Shown in pieces: positions 12,291 to 26,006 of a stretch of DNA of 64,000 nucleotides. A model generated the notes under the pieces. It searched no databases. It saw nothing but the letters and a program-made list of their open reading frames with translations, and was not told the origin of the DNA. The position numbers and the translations under genes are program-made. This DNA is from Octopus sinensis. Taxonomy: Eukaryota. The stretch covers positions 24,366,001-24,430,000 of the forward strand of contig NC_043016.1 of the NCBI RefSeq assembly GCF_006345805.1. The letters are read 5' to 3'. Each line of letters begins with the position of its first letter. Position 1 is the stretch's first letter.

Positions 12291-13330
12291 TCAACCTAAG
12301 ATTTGAGGAAACATGTCACCAAACTTCAAACTAAAACTGGCATGCACAAGCAGCAGTAGTGTTTAAGCAACTGTTTCAATAACAACTTATGTTAATCACA
12401 GTATTTTCCAAGTAACTGAATAGCTATTTCACTTCTGCCAGTCAGCGAAGTTACCAACAAATTGAATGCAGACTTTCTAAGCTAAATAATATAAGGCATT
12501 AAATGTAACTCAACCACAGAGTCAAAGAGAGAATAAACGGTGATACAATACAGTTGGAACTGTTGTGTGTTTGTATTAGATTGTTTTTGCTATGGTTCAG
12601 ATATTAAGACATCATCTGTGTTCAGTCACTGCTGCATACAGAGGTATAACATCATACTTGGAGAAATCAGCTCATCTTTGAAAAGAAATCTATCATTATT
12701 GCTTGTTATAGCTGGTTGAATATTTCCCTGGTTTAGGAATGTAGGTAACAAAAGAACATGATGACAATTTCTGTTATACTGCAGATGATCAACATCAGTT
12801 ATCAACCTGATGGTCATATCAGTGATCAATCATTTTAGTGTTTGGAAATGCTCTTAAACTTAGCAACATCAAATAGCAAATGACATTTCAACAATTCTTT
12901 AACTTCCAATTCCTGAACATTCTATCATGCTTATATTCCTTAATTTTACTATTTCTTTTCAGAATCATGACATTGAGTTAATTGATGTAATTTACAAAAA
13001 ACCTTTACACGCACATTATATGTGTGAGTGTGTGATGGGAAGGTGGGGGGATATCATTAACTGATTTACATTTTTAAGACAAAATTCTGAAGAAAAAATC
13101 CATTTTAAATGTTAATCTATACAAATATCACAATTTAAATATTTTCTTCATAAGAATTTTAAGAAATATTTCCCTCTAAAGATATCTCTTTGGCATTGTT
13201 TAATTATAGCGGAATTTAGACAGATAAAATACGATGCTTTGAAGAGTTGTCATGAAAATCAAGGACTGCAAATTAAAATTAAATTAAAATCCTCATAGAA
13301 ACGTTTAAATATTTGGAAAAATATACTTAC

Positions 13331-13432
13331 TTCTGTCGCTCTGCTTTATACTGAATGGTGCACTCATCAAATAATTTCTGATTAATTTCCATGAACAATT
13401 TTAATGCATTATATATCAAACCATGGATTGTT
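13331..13432 (-). CDS. PPP2R5D: B56 exon: (K)[33 protein letters not shown](K)
   Basis: tgttag acceptor, gtaagt donor, 102 nt, phase 2 to 2. Confidence 0.98.
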
Positions 13433-14537
13433 CTAACAGAAAATTAAAAAGACATTTCATTAATAATAAAACTTGACTAATAAAGTACAGGCTTTATGAA
13501 AAAATGATTTTACTGATAAAATAAACTTCAATTAATTTAAAATGAACAATGGAAAATTGAACCAAATTTCTTCCAGAAGAGAATAGTAACATTGCTATAA
13601 TGTTAAATTCTGCATTAAATTGTAGACCTAATTAAGACCAGATAACGACACCTGCTGTCTACATATTTCATTGATATTATACAGCACCAAATGTCATAAT
13701 TTAAATACTTAAATATCTATAAAACATCAGTGTCATTGATTTACAGAAGAGCAAAATTTGTAGAGAGAGAGAGTGACTGAAACTAAAACTGATATCCATT
13801 TTGGGTGGCTATTTGCAACACTAACTTTTCAATCACTGTTTTCCTGTATGAATTTTGTCATAGCATGTGGTTGGCAGTGGGTACATGCTACTGACAAAAG
13901 CCAGAGGCAATTTTCATCAGCTACAGATGTATTTGTGTTTTTCAGCATAATACTGACCCGCCTAGAAAACTGCATTTTAAATCTAATTAAACAAAAAGAA
14001 TAAATCAAAGAAACTAATTTCAGTCCCCATGAGAACTTATATTTATGTATACCACATAAACTGAACCTCCCAACATAAACAGATTGTTTACACTGCACTC
14101 CATAACATTTTGTTGTACTATAAAGATGCAGAAAAAAGGTGTCCATAACCACTAGGTTCAGAACTTACCTGGGATTAAACTATAACAAAAGAATATACAG
14201 GTAAACAAAAACAAAACAAGAAGGCTAACCAACTGTACAGAACAAACAAAAACAACTTTTAAAGTTGTCTGTAGAAAAGTAAGGAACATTTGAAATACCA
14301 TGTGGAAAAACTAATGCTTAAAGTATCACACTGAAAACATATGTAAAGTACTATGTCATAAAGTTATGTTTAAAAATTCCTTAAAAAAACCCTTAAAATT
14401 TTGAGAGTTGATAAAAATGCACAATTTTTTAAGAACTATTTTCTTAAAACAGGATAGAAGATTTAACTCTCTCTCTTAAATAGTTATATAAATTTTTAAA
14501 AATAGAAAAGATAAACAGAAAAATCGCTGTAACTTAC

Positions 14538-14662
14538 TTATTCCAATGTTCTTTACTCATATAAAGTGCTGGAAACATAATAGGGAGAATAACAGCCACA
14601 TTTTCATTAATCAAACTTAAGATGTACTCATTGTTCCAAAAGTACAAGGCTCTTTCAGCAAC
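14538..14662 (-). CDS. PPP2R5D: B56 exon: [41 protein letters not shown](K)
   Basis: gtctag acceptor, gtaagt donor, 125 nt, phase 0 to 2. Confidence 0.98.
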
Positions 14663-14775
14663 CTAGACAAAAATTAAGAGATAAGATGTTACTTATACAA
14701 TCCATTCTAATAATTTAAACAGAAATCATAATTTCTTTGCAATGCATTTCTATTAAAAAAATTATTACTACTAAC

Positions 14776-14895
14776 CTGAAAATGAGGACTAGAAACACAT
14801 TTTGACAATTGTCTAAATAATGGCTGTACAACTTTTACAAACTCTCCAGGCTCAATGACATCCAGAATTTCCTCTAATTCGTTCAAAAACATGAC
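14776..14895 (-). CDS. PPP2R5D: B56 exon: [40 protein letters not shown]
   Basis: ttgtag acceptor, gttagt donor, 120 nt, phase 0 to 0. Confidence 0.98.
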
Positions 14896-14974
14896 CTACA
14901 ATAGAATCAAATTTAAGTTTATTTTGTATTTCCATAACATTTTTGTTTTAATACTTAATGAAAAATATTAGCAT

Positions 14975-15481
14975 GGAAACAGGCATAAGGCCTGAAATTT
15001 TGAGAAGACTGGTACTTATTTTATCAACCCTAAAAGGATGAATGGCAAAGTTGATCTTTGAAATAATAATAGTATTTCAAACTTAACACCATTTTAGGGA
15101 GAGGTGGGTAGTTGACTACATCAGCCCCAGTGCTCAGCTGATACTTATTTTATTGACCCCAAAAGGATGAAATGCAAAGTTGACCTACACGGAATTTGAA
15201 CTCAGAACATAAAGAACAAGCGTTTTATCTAACATCATGATGCTGCTCACTGCTTTGATAATAATAATAATGGTTTCAAATTTTGCCAAAAGGGTAAGCA
15301 ATCTTAGGGGAGGGGATGAGTCAATTACACTGACCCCAGTGTTCAACTGGTACTTAATTTATCGACCCCCAAAAGGATGAAAGGCAAAGTCGACCTAGGC
15401 GGAATTTGAACTCAGAATACAGCGATAGGCAAAATACCACTCAGCATTTCATCTAGCATGCTAATGATTCTGCCAGCTCAC
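14975..15481 (-). mobile_element. Cluster of three same-orientation SINE family A copies or fragments
   Basis: The AAAAGGATGAAxGGCAAAGT core appears near 15030, 15160 and 15370; the last copy keeps its tRNA head. Confidence 0.78.
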
Positions 15482-16059
15482 CATAATAATAATAATAATA
15501 ATTACTTAGAGGTGCATTAAGTAGCGTTGAATGGAATAAGTGTATACAACCATATTTAACATGTTTGTGTACACTTGAACTTGGAAAGACAAACATTGCA
15601 GAAATTGTGAAAAAATTCTCATTATAGACAATGCATGTGAAAAACACACTATCCGGGCTACGGATGATGCCATCCATTTTGAACATTGCCAGTTAGATAC
15701 CAAGCTAATGTTCATAGCCACAATGAATTTTTTTAAAATACAAAATGATAAAATTTAAAAGAGTTGTTATATACGCAGGGGAACAGGGGGAAATTGTCAT
15801 CATATTATTAATAATAGCACGAAGAAAATATTTCTATTAATTATAAAAAAAAAAAATTTGAAACCAGAAATCTCAGGTTTAATTTTTCTTGCTGTGTTCC
15901 ATGTCTTGATCTTGCATCATTTTAGTGTACAAAGTATTAAAACTCATCTATATCTGCTACATGCTCATTCTGTATGCTGTCCAAAATATTGTGATAAGTA
16001 GGATAGGAATATTTTGTTACAAAGATGTCATTTCTATCACCTAAAATGGCTTTCAATCT

Positions 16060-17228
16060 TTACATATAACAAAGATGCCCACTGCACACTATAATAGATC
16101 CCTCACCAATATACGCACCACCCTTGCCAGAGCACATTCTGTTGACCATGCATCTGCTCTCTCCCCCGCACCTGCCCTGTCACCCGTTTCCCCTCACCAA
16201 CCACCCCACCTCTCCAATACACCACTCTCTGAGCCTTCCAGTGACTCCAGTCTGACCCCTCCCCTCCTTCAAATGAACTCACAACCTACAAGACTTCTTG
16301 GTTCACAGCTTCTTCCTTAACCCAACTTCCCAACCTGGCTCGTTCCCTTGCTCCCACCCACCCTACCACACTTGCCCTTACCTCTCCAACACCACCCTCC
16401 TCACTGGCACCCATCATTGACCCTATCATATCACCAACTCCTTCACCTGCACTTCTAGCACCGTCATCTACTGCATCTCCTGCTCTCTCAGCCCTTCTCT
16501 ATACATTAGTCAAAGAAGATGCCAGGGTGCTATTGCTGACTCGGCAATGACACCCTGGTCACGTGCTATTTCCGGTCTACCAGTCACTCTTTACAACACT
16601 TGTCTGTGTTTGGATTGTCCTTGCACGCGAGCAGGGATTAATCTTCTCTCTTCGCTCCTTTGTGCCACATGGGCTCAACTCTCCTCCCCTCTTCATCTAA
16701 CCCTCCTCTCTCCTCTCACACCTACTTCCATCCACCACTCCTCTCTTGCTCTAGCACCTACTTCCTCTCTTAATTCCTACCTACCTACTCCCTTCCGCCC
16801 TCTCCCTTGTTACCCCACCTCTACACATTCCAACTCCCCCATCCCACCCCCACCCCACCCTGCACACACTAGCACTGACTACTTCCCAGTACCTACACCA
16901 TCATCCACATTCTTACACATGCACACATCAATGTCACCAGCCCCTTTCCACACACACCATTTTGGGATTACCACTACTTTATTATCCCCCCTTTTTCCAT
17001 GCTCTCCTGTGTGACCCCTCTGTCTGGCATTCACCATGATAGATCACTAGCCACTAAACCTTTTTTTTTTTATTTTCTCATCCTGTTTATTTCTGTGTAC
17101 CTTTCTGTCGAAGAGCATAGGCTCGAAATGTAAAAGACTTCCTCACTTCCCGAGCGTTAAACTAATACATCTTTTTTGTTGTTTACACACCAATATTTGT
17201 CTTGTTTTTTTTGTAATTTCTCACTATA
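16060..17228 (+). mobile_element. Penelope-like element 3' fragment with GIY-YIG endonuclease remnant and 3' UTR/pLTR
   Basis: From 16337: GSFPCSHPPYHTCPYL...FTCTSSTVIYCISCSLSPSLYISQ...EQGLIFSLRSFVPHGLNS, typical of Neptune-type PLE GIY-YIG C-termini. Followed by a C-rich UTR and a hammerhead-like motif. Confidence 0.85.
17101..17136 (+). ncRNA. Minimal type-I hammerhead-ribozyme-like motif, mutated
   Basis: Stem I CTTT/AAAG; core CTGTCGA (canonical CUGANGA, A6 to U); stem II GAGC-atag-GCTC; GAAA; triplet GTA. Confidence 0.55.
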
Positions 17229-17464
17229 ATAGGTAACAGAAGATATCAGTAAAGTTTTTAAATATATCTCTAAACAAACAAAAATAACCCATTAAAACTA
17301 AATTTGTAAGTCTCAAAAGAAACAACTACCAAGAATGGCAAATACCTAACTTCACAATAGTAAACATTCTCCAGACATTTCTCACCCTCAGTATTTATGC
17401 TGATGACACTACAATCAAATATATTTAAGATCACAATACACAAAAAAGGAGATTCAAAAGTTGC

Positions 17465-17830
17465 AGACTAATCCTCCAAGGTACTATTAAACACTCTATG
17501 GAGTACTGCACACACCTCTAGGATAGTGCTGCTGCTGCAACGCACACTAATATTCAAGGCAAAATTCAGGGACTGCATTCCCTTGGTAGCAGCAGGTTCC
17601 AACCTCTGGCCTAGAGACATAGTGTATCTGCACTCTGTATTTTCTATAGCCACTATAATGCCCTTTACTTCTCAGAACTGCCTGATTTCAAACTGCCACC
17701 ATTCAAGAACACCCAACATGCTCATCTTTCCACCTCCCATTACCCTTGGTGCATCCAACCTCTCTTTCACCATACTAATCACTATCCTTCTTCCTCAGAA
17801 CATCACCTCTCTGGATTTTCCTCCCTGCAA
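17465..17830 (-). mobile_element. Possible C-terminal remnant of an RLE-type non-LTR element
   Basis: ...ALQQ / ILEVCAVLHRVF weakly resembles the LQKxAxLGTAxILRxVL end of R4-like ORFs; frameshifted. Confidence 0.3.
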
Positions 17831-17951
17831 CAGTAAACGGAACTTTAACAGCATCAATTTTACCAGTCTTGGAAAGCTCGTAAGTCATGGGCTCTGTACG
17901 TTCTGCCAAAATCAACAAAAGAAAGACAAAGAAAACAAAAACAGGACTTAC

Positions 17952-18002
17952 TTCTTTAGGACTGTGGACTTTTGGCCAAAATTTCAATAATGTCATTATC
18001 AC
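17952..18002 (-). CDS. PPP2R5D: B56 exon: VIMTLLKFWPKVHSPKE
   Basis: tttcag acceptor, gtaagt donor, 51 nt; only a 96-nt intron separates it from the previous exon. Confidence 0.97.
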
Positions 18003-18098
18003 CTGAAATTTAAGATAAAACAAAAAGTTAACATTAGATAGTTATTATATAATTTCCAACACTTATTATAAAAAAAAAGTTAAAATGAAAGCACTCAC

Positions 18099-18261
18099 CG
18101 GTTCTGTTAAACTAGGATCCTTTTCAAGAAATTGGACCACACAATATGCTAGCTGGGGGTGATATACACTCAAAGACTTAACTTTATGAAGAGGTAATAA
18201 TACTTTGAGTAAGAATACTTTATGTTCTTCTTTTAAAGGCAAAGCAAACCCGTTAATAATA
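18099..18261 (-). CDS. PPP2R5D: B56 exon: (S)[54 protein letters not shown]
   Basis: tttcag acceptor, gtgagt donor, 163 nt, phase 2 to 0. Confidence 0.98.
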
Positions 18262-18689
18262 CTGAAAAATTTAAAATAGAAAACATTTTACTACATCTTT
18301 AAAAATAGTTTAAATACAAAATACTATATATTTTCATTTAAGAAACAAAATACATATCCAACGAAAATTTGTTTTTAATATATTGATCATAAGATATTCA
18401 ACAGGGTTCGAAACAATAGCTGGAAGTTCAAAATAAAATTTACAGCCCACAAAATTAACATTTACTCAATATAATCCCACTCTCATAAAAGAAAAACCAA
18501 TTCCTCTGATTTTTAAATTGACTTGGACATTTAGATGTGTACAAAGAATAAATATATTTCCTATATATTTCTAAAAGTCATGGCACAATACTTTTAAATA
18601 TACATGACTAGTACCTATTTTCAAATTGGATAAACTTTAAAAGAATGAACACTATTTTTAATATTTAATAAAATAGGAGATAACTAAGG

Positions 18690-19445
18690 TTTCTCCTACA
18701 AGTCTGCTAAAGAGCATGATTTGGGCATTATTGTTAATAATCTGCAGTGGACAAATCACATTTCTAAAATCATCAAAAAAGCCAAAGGTATCTTATCACA
18801 CAGTAAGACTTTTGTCAGTCACTCACCAGCTATCTATGGTTGTAGTACATTCACACTTACAGTATGCATCTCCAGTCTGGAACCTTATCTTGTCCAGAAT
18901 ATCAATTAGCTAGCAGCTATCCAGAGATGTGCACCCTCTGTCAGTTACCATATCTTGGAACATATTGCTTCTCCGGGCAGTGACACACTATAGATATGAT
19001 GTCAAACAGTGGCTTTGTGGAAGCTCACAAGCGGTCTTTCAATGACTTTGGTCACCTTTCTGAATTCAATGTTTCTACCACTCATGGATATACTTACAAA
19101 ATGAAAAAACAGCACAGCATCTCTAATTTTCAGAAACATTTCTTGAGACTAAGAATTGTCAAATATAAAGTAAACTACCCACATCAGCTATTAGCTATCA
19201 AGACATTGCTTCCTTCAAAACTTATCATTCTCAAGAACTTTGCAACCCCGACATGCCTATGCACTCTTTTACCGTTCACTTTTCTTTCTTTTTGTGTTTT
19301 ATTCTATATACTCTGCATGTACTTCTAGCTTTCACTGTCTTTTTTTTATTTTATTTATATCTGCTTTCTGTTTCTTTCTTTAACCTTTCCTGAGAGTTGT
19401 AGCGCACCTGAACACTGTATACAATAAGCTCACTGTTATTATTAA
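18690..19445 (+). mobile_element. CR1-like LINE 3' fragment
   Basis: DLGIIV..LQWTNHISKIIKKA, HLQYASPVW, IQRCA, HGYTYKMKKQHS..FQKHFLRLRIV; ends in a short ATT-repeat tail. Confidence 0.78.
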
Positions 19446-19668
19446 ATCACTTAGTAATTAAAACATTTATTCAAAAATATACACTGACAATGAACGACCA
19501 AAGATGGACAAGTCAATTCTTGGTATGCAGGGCCAAAATGGAAACATGATGTCCTGCAAACCAGTCCAATGTAAATTGGTAATGGAAAACTGGACATTAA
19601 AATAAATGGTAAAGCTGATTTGAAAAATTTTTTTAAATCTAAAATCAAAAGTTTTAAAATTAAACTTA

Positions 19669-19797
<129 letters not shown>

Positions 19798-19975
19798 CTA
19801 ATGGTTATTTCCCTCTATGGTTCCAACCAATTTAATTCAGATATGTTCACATTTCAGAAAGTTGTTCTAACAATATCAGTTAACAGTTTGCATCATGCAA
19901 GTAGCACCTGTTGCTTAGTTCCGTATATCCACAGCTTTATAGCTTACAATACACTGTGTGTGTGTGTACTCACAT

Positions 19976-20026
<51 letters not shown>

Positions 20027-20219
20027 TATGTACACACAAAGTGTATTGTTAACTATAAATATTTATCACCTTTTATTGTACTTATGTACACCAAACCCAG
20101 ATTATCAAAATGGAATTATTCTTTGCTCTTTTCCAAAATGTAGTTTTCCAACCATATCATTTTCCTTGATCATTAACAATCTTATTCTTCAGAGTTTCCA
20201 TCTGTTTTAATACTACTAC

Positions 20220-22220
20220 TTACTCTGCCAACTCCACAGAACTAATTCTCATTAACTAATACTGTTTTCATGAGTGCCATAATCAGCTTGACTTATTCCC
20301 AGCACCTCACTGGACTTCAAAATGTATCAATCCTGACTCATTTTATACTTCCTTCCAACCTACTGCCCATTCCACTCAATCAAATTTTGACCTCTAGCAC
20401 ACTCCAAAACTCATGTTACACCAGCTCACCAAACTAACCCCTACTACCCTTACATTCATTGCAACATACATGGTTGTGACTATATTTCATCTACCATTCT
20501 CCACAGTTGAATCTTTGATAGGGATCTCCATACCCCTCACTCCATCTGCAAATGAATTTCAGATGCAGAGTGACTCTGAATGGTTCTTGTTTCATACAAA
20601 GTTCTCATATTGGACAAACTTAACCCATCAATGGACACTCAACTTAGGACAGTTCACCAGTCTGTGATGCTATGCAGTTGATATTATGATCTTGAAGCAT
20701 TTAGCATTTTCTTGTTGCTACTTCCAACACCAACATGACACCACTGTCAAATCACCAATAAAGATGGCAGCAGTCTGACCTCTACAAGGCCAAGCACTTT
20801 GATAACTCCTTAAAACTCACCTGCCTTCCTACTTAAATTGTTCTTAGATCATACATTCACTCCATCCACAACCAATTTGTGCTCATCAATTCATGACTTA
20901 TCCTTCCCTTCCTCCCACAACCACCAGTCCGATCCGCATACTACGTACTTCCTCACAGATCCGTAAGTCCAACACCCCTGCAACTGCCCCACCAAACTTC
21001 TATCAAAGTATCCTGACCAGCTTATTATCACCCTAGGTAGCACCATCCTCCATCACACTAACTACACCCACTATCTTTTCTTTCCTATTTAGTCCCTCTC
21101 AGTTACTTTCTTCAACTGTTACACTACACTTCAGCTCAGCAGATTTTCTTACTACTAGTGTGTGTGTGTGTGTGTATGCACACGCGCACATGTGTACTAC
21201 ATATGTGGGCATTTATTAGTGTGTGTGTGAAAGGTGTTTAGGTTTTAGAGCAACACTGTTCAAGCAGAAGATAAATTGTTGCTCCCAAGTATAAGACAGA
21301 AGACAGTAAAATGTAGATGAAAATGGCCTGAAGAATTGAAGTGATGAACAATAGGCATTTATGATTCAGTGCTATTTCATTGGATGTCTAAATACCCACT
21401 AAAAGCAATCAGCTGATCAATGATTGGACTTGCATGTATACAATAAGCCATAGTTGGCATTTTATACAGTAAATGACATTTTGAGAAGTGCAGATGACAT
21501 ATACCTTAGAACTAGGGATGAAAGAGATGTTTATAGCAGGAGTAATAAAAGGAAGATGTTGAATGTGGAGAGGGACAAAAGAACTGTGGGCTAGAAGGTT
21601 TAAAAGAGGAGGAGAGTACTCAAGAAAGTAGTAGCAAAATTATATGCTGGAATGATGAAGTGGTGAGATGGAAAGTAAGAGAAAAGGGACAGGGGTTGGT
21701 GATGTAACAGATGGGAAGAAGTGCAGTCAACATAGAGGACATGAAGATAAGCAGAGTCAATGGCTGGTTTGACTGATTCGACTTCCATATTATAGGAGTT
21801 GAATTATTTAGTGGGACTTGACCTCAAACTCAATGTCAGATATAGGGGACAAGGGAGGGAGTTTGAGTAGGAGGATAGCTGATTTGGTCAAAGTGGAGTG
21901 AGATGAGGAGGAAGTTGGTAGAATTGTTGAAGATACAGGTGGAGAGATTGTTGAATCATTGGGGATAGTAGGGAACAGGTCAACAGATGGAAATGCAAAG
22001 GAAGTTGATAGCACTGTTAGAGAAAAAGGTGAAATATAATGCAGGTTGGAAGGAACTAAATAACTATTTGCAGGAAAGAAGATGGTGGTGATATGGTTTT
22101 GATGTGGCAACCATACAGCTCTGGTAGTGCTGGTGAAATTAGTAAAGATTTGGGCCTGAAGGTAACCAAAGGACAGGTTGGAGTAGTTGAATCCCATTTT
22201 GGAGCTCATAGCCACTTAAG
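20220..22220. repeat. Strongly strand-skewed (C-rich then G/A-rich) decayed repeats, probably LINE remnants in opposite orientations
   Basis: Composition only: 20220-21150 is pyrimidine-rich on +, 21520-22220 is purine-rich on +. No decisive protein motif. Confidence 0.3.
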
Positions 22221-24489
22221 CAACTCTTAACTCCGCCATACATATGTACACACAAAAAAATACAAACTCAGAATTTCTCAAACCTACACACACAAACATT
22301 TCATATACAACAGGCAATTTCTTGCATACCCTTCAAGCATTCTCTCATCCACCCCCATCTTACTTAATTCACTCTTGTTGAAAACCACCTAATGTTTATT
22401 TCTTGCCCATCACAAATCACTGGTCACATTCACAATAACGCCGCTAACAATCTTAATTAACATCACATCATTTTTTCCACCCACCTTTTGAAGACATTTT
22501 TTCTTCTTGACAACTCTCCAAAATGTAATTTTCCTTCCTTCCCTTCAAAGAAGCACATTGCTGTTGTTCGTTGTTTTAGTTGTTTTTTTCAAGAATGCCT
22601 CTTTTTATCCATGTGTCACTCGGATATATTTACCGTGTTGATGATGCACACCAAAATGGATCTGAACTATCACACACCTCATTTAATGAACAAACATACA
22701 TTCATGCTCCTCCAAGTTCACTATTCTACAACACTACACTTTTAGAAGAGAATTTATTAATTTACATTTTTAATATTGCTAATACAAGTATCAGCTAACA
22801 TAAGTGAATCAATTCCAGTTCTTTACAGGTAAAGTAGGAAACAATAACAATATTTTACGAAAGATATTAGTCAATAAATAGAGCAAAATGAGGCTTAAGA
22901 GTCAGATCTATTACCTTGAAATAATAGAGCTTGAGAAAGATATCTCAGTCTCGATCAACAAGGTTTCATTTCCTTTGTTAGCTTTTATACATTTTAGAAT
23001 ACTTCCATACAATTGATTCAGCAAATCCCGATATTACTGTTAAATTTTCATTATTTTTCTAGTTTTCACATCAAGATGAAAATTGCACATTTTTAATAAA
23101 ATCTCAATACCTAAATTTCACAACCGAATCAAAGAAATATCAAATTTATTAACAAAATTAAAATTCAAATAACTAATCTAAAATGTTTTTAAAGACCCAC
23201 TCATCTCCCTTGTTGAGTCCAGCCCCCACCCCAATTCACTCTTCATCCTACACTAACCACTATACTCAGTAAATACTTCCTCCCTTGAACATAAAGCCTC
23301 AGGAATTTCTCCTTTGGGATTTCCTGTAGATGGTGACCTGCAACAGTTTGTTTCAATGGCACATTAATGGCATCAAGCTGCCTGGTCTTGGAAAACAGTG
23401 TATCTTCCTCCAGACTCAGCCAGCAAGCAAGCAAGAGGTAAACTGTAGCTAATCAAGCTCATCAGTCAATTTCACTGTATTACTAATAATTTATCAATCC
23501 TACCAACCAAATTTCAATTTACAGTAACATGCTATAAATGATATTACAAATTACTGAGTTCCATTTTCTGTCAAACATGTACACCTCTATTCTGTTTTCT
23601 AAATGGATTTATGTTTAAAGTTTGTTCCAAGTTCAAAACATTTAGATAAGCAACTACCAATTATTGATCGTTGTTATTTCTTAATTGCTGTTAATTTTAT
23701 GCTGTCAACACAAAATGTTTGCTATTCTTTTATTGTAAGCATTTCATGAAATTCTACAATTTGTGCAATCTGTAATTGTTTCAAGTAAAGTTAAAAATGT
23801 AAATACAAAAAGGATTAGCTGCTTCACAACAACTTTTGAACACCACAGCTATACTTTCCACACACTATGCTACAATGCAAACTTAATCCATCCTCTTTTT
23901 AAATAGGCTTATCGCCATTTTGCCACTTGCATTTCACATTATCATCATTTAATGTCCACTTTTTCCTTGCTTGCATGGTTCAGACAGAATTCGTTGAAAC
24001 AGATTTCCTATGGATGCCTTCCCTGTTACCAATCCTCACCTATTTTTTAAGTTAGGTAATATTTCTCAGATATGTTTTCATAGAAGAATGGAAACAAAAG
24101 AACACTGGTTGTATGATGGTGATACTTGTTTTAGGCAGTCATACACACATGAATACTCCTTTCAGTTTCTGTCTACCAAATCCACTTACAAGACTTAGCC
24201 TGGAGCCATAGTAGAGAACATAAGTTCAAGGTGCTTCACAGAGAAATTGAACCCAAAACCATGTGGTTGACAAACAAACTTAACCACACAACCATGTAAT
24301 TGATTTTACAATTTTCTCCTGATTGTCAGTCACTAATTGAAAATTTATAATTGATAATGAGGGAAATGAAGTTATAATCTACACATATTGAATGCTACTT
24401 GAAATAAAAAGACATCTCAATGCCATAGTAAACAAATTATAACCTTATAAAGTATAAGATTTCTACTGAAAAAAAAACTCGGAGATTTA

Positions 24490-24930
24490 TATAAGCTTTC
24501 ACAGTTGCTCTAAGTGTTACCTGCAACATGTAATCCAGTACAACCTGTCTCAGCATAGTCTTCCCTCTTCATACAATACTTGACTGCTCTAACTTTTTTC
24601 AGCTCATTTATGCACCATCATTCATACGCACCAAGATTATGTATCCAGAAGAGTATACACTCCACCCATCTCATGCTACCACATAGCATAACACAGTAGT
24701 TCCCTTAACTTTTTCCAACCTATTCTCACTCTCACCACTATGCTCTTGAAACACATGCATCCACCATTGCTTATTAAGTCAAACAGGTAATAAAAGCTAT
24801 CAACTATTTCTAGGAAGTCTTCTGTGCATTTGAAGGAATGTATCACATGCATCTTCACTGTTAACTACTCCAGTGCATAGGAAATGCACAAAGCCTGCCT
24901 TATGTCAACCAGCCCCTTGTGCATCCATAG
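24490..24930 (-). mobile_element. RTE LINE fragment (post-RT region)
   Basis: LEIVDSFYYL.DLISNGG...SIVVRVRIGWKKLRELL matches the RTE motif EVVDSFRYLGD...RIAWAKFRELL. Confidence 0.75.
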
Positions 24931-25256
24931 TTTATACTGAATACATCATTTACAATTTCTATTTATACCTTCTTTGCATGCAGAGTACAGTCCTTTCTCA
25001 AATAGTTGTAGAGTCCTATTTCCTTTTTAGGTAAATTTTAGTTGTTATTCAAATGTTAACATTTACAAAATGAACACTGATGTTGTGTTATTAAAAAAAT
25101 TAACAGGTATGTAAACAATTATTTTGGATTTCAGTCAATTAACAAATTTAACTATTAAGATGAAAAATATGAAAAATAGCAACAAAAAGATCTATGTATA
25201 AATGTCAACTGAAATGTTGATTTCTTTAGAATAAATTCAATAAAAACAAAATCTTA

Positions 25257-25388
<132 letters not shown>

Positions 25389-25913
25389 CTATAATAATAA
25401 AAAAAATCATCTATATATCACTTTCTAAATCAAATTTATCCATATGTAAAAGAATTAACCAATTATCTTTTAAATTTAATACTTTTCTTAACATTTCCTA
25501 CATTTGCTTCTATTTATGCCAAAAGAATATTTTTAGGATCAATAAACTGTAAACTCAAAAAGTAGACATTTAACTGACCAAATTAACTTTTGCAATACAT
25601 TTTATAGGAAAACAATATAGACAAAGTTCGGTAAGATAAATATATCAAGTTATTTCTAACTACAATTCTGTCTCAGTGTATTCTCATTACAGAAACTGGA
25701 TATGCTGAATATTACAACAAAACATAAGTGTAATTTTGGTATTTCTTTTTTAATGCTATATTTGTTTAGTAAACAGAACATATGGAATGTAAATAGCATA
25801 TATAAAATGTGAAATAGATAAAAATATCATGTAAGTGTATTAGTAAGGCGTCTTAAATAAGACCTGGTCCACCTTGTTTATACTTCGAATATAAAAGAAA
25901 ATATGCAAATTAC

Positions 25914-26006
25914 CTGTAATACAAATTTTTGATCTATATACCGTTTTGCTATGTTAGGTACAAAATCTGGAGATTCTAAGAACCGTAGAAAAAATTCATA
26001 TACAAG
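25914..26006 (-). CDS. PPP2R5D: B56 exon: [31 protein letters not shown]
   Basis: tttcag acceptor, gtaatt donor, 93 nt, phase 0 to 0. Confidence 0.98.

Noticed and set aside
12626-12829. SNNDRxLFxD peptide shared with ORF 45207..45485
   Set aside because: Short, low nucleotide similarity in AT-rich DNA; could be chance or an ancient repeat.
16547-17014. 155-aa Pro/Ser/Thr-rich ORF, and other long ORFs such as 21808..22215, 56963..57259 and 63060..63581
   Set aside because: These arise from compositional skew or the off-frame/antisense reading of decayed retroelements; no independent gene signals.
22915-23036. Exon-like 122-nt segment on the minus strand with an AAG/gtaata donor; one frame reads YRDLLNQLYGSIL..., faintly like LHRIYGKFL
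   Set aside because: The acceptor is A-rich with no pyrimidine tract, the length breaks the frame, stops occur in all frames, and the similarity is too weak to call a duplicated exon.
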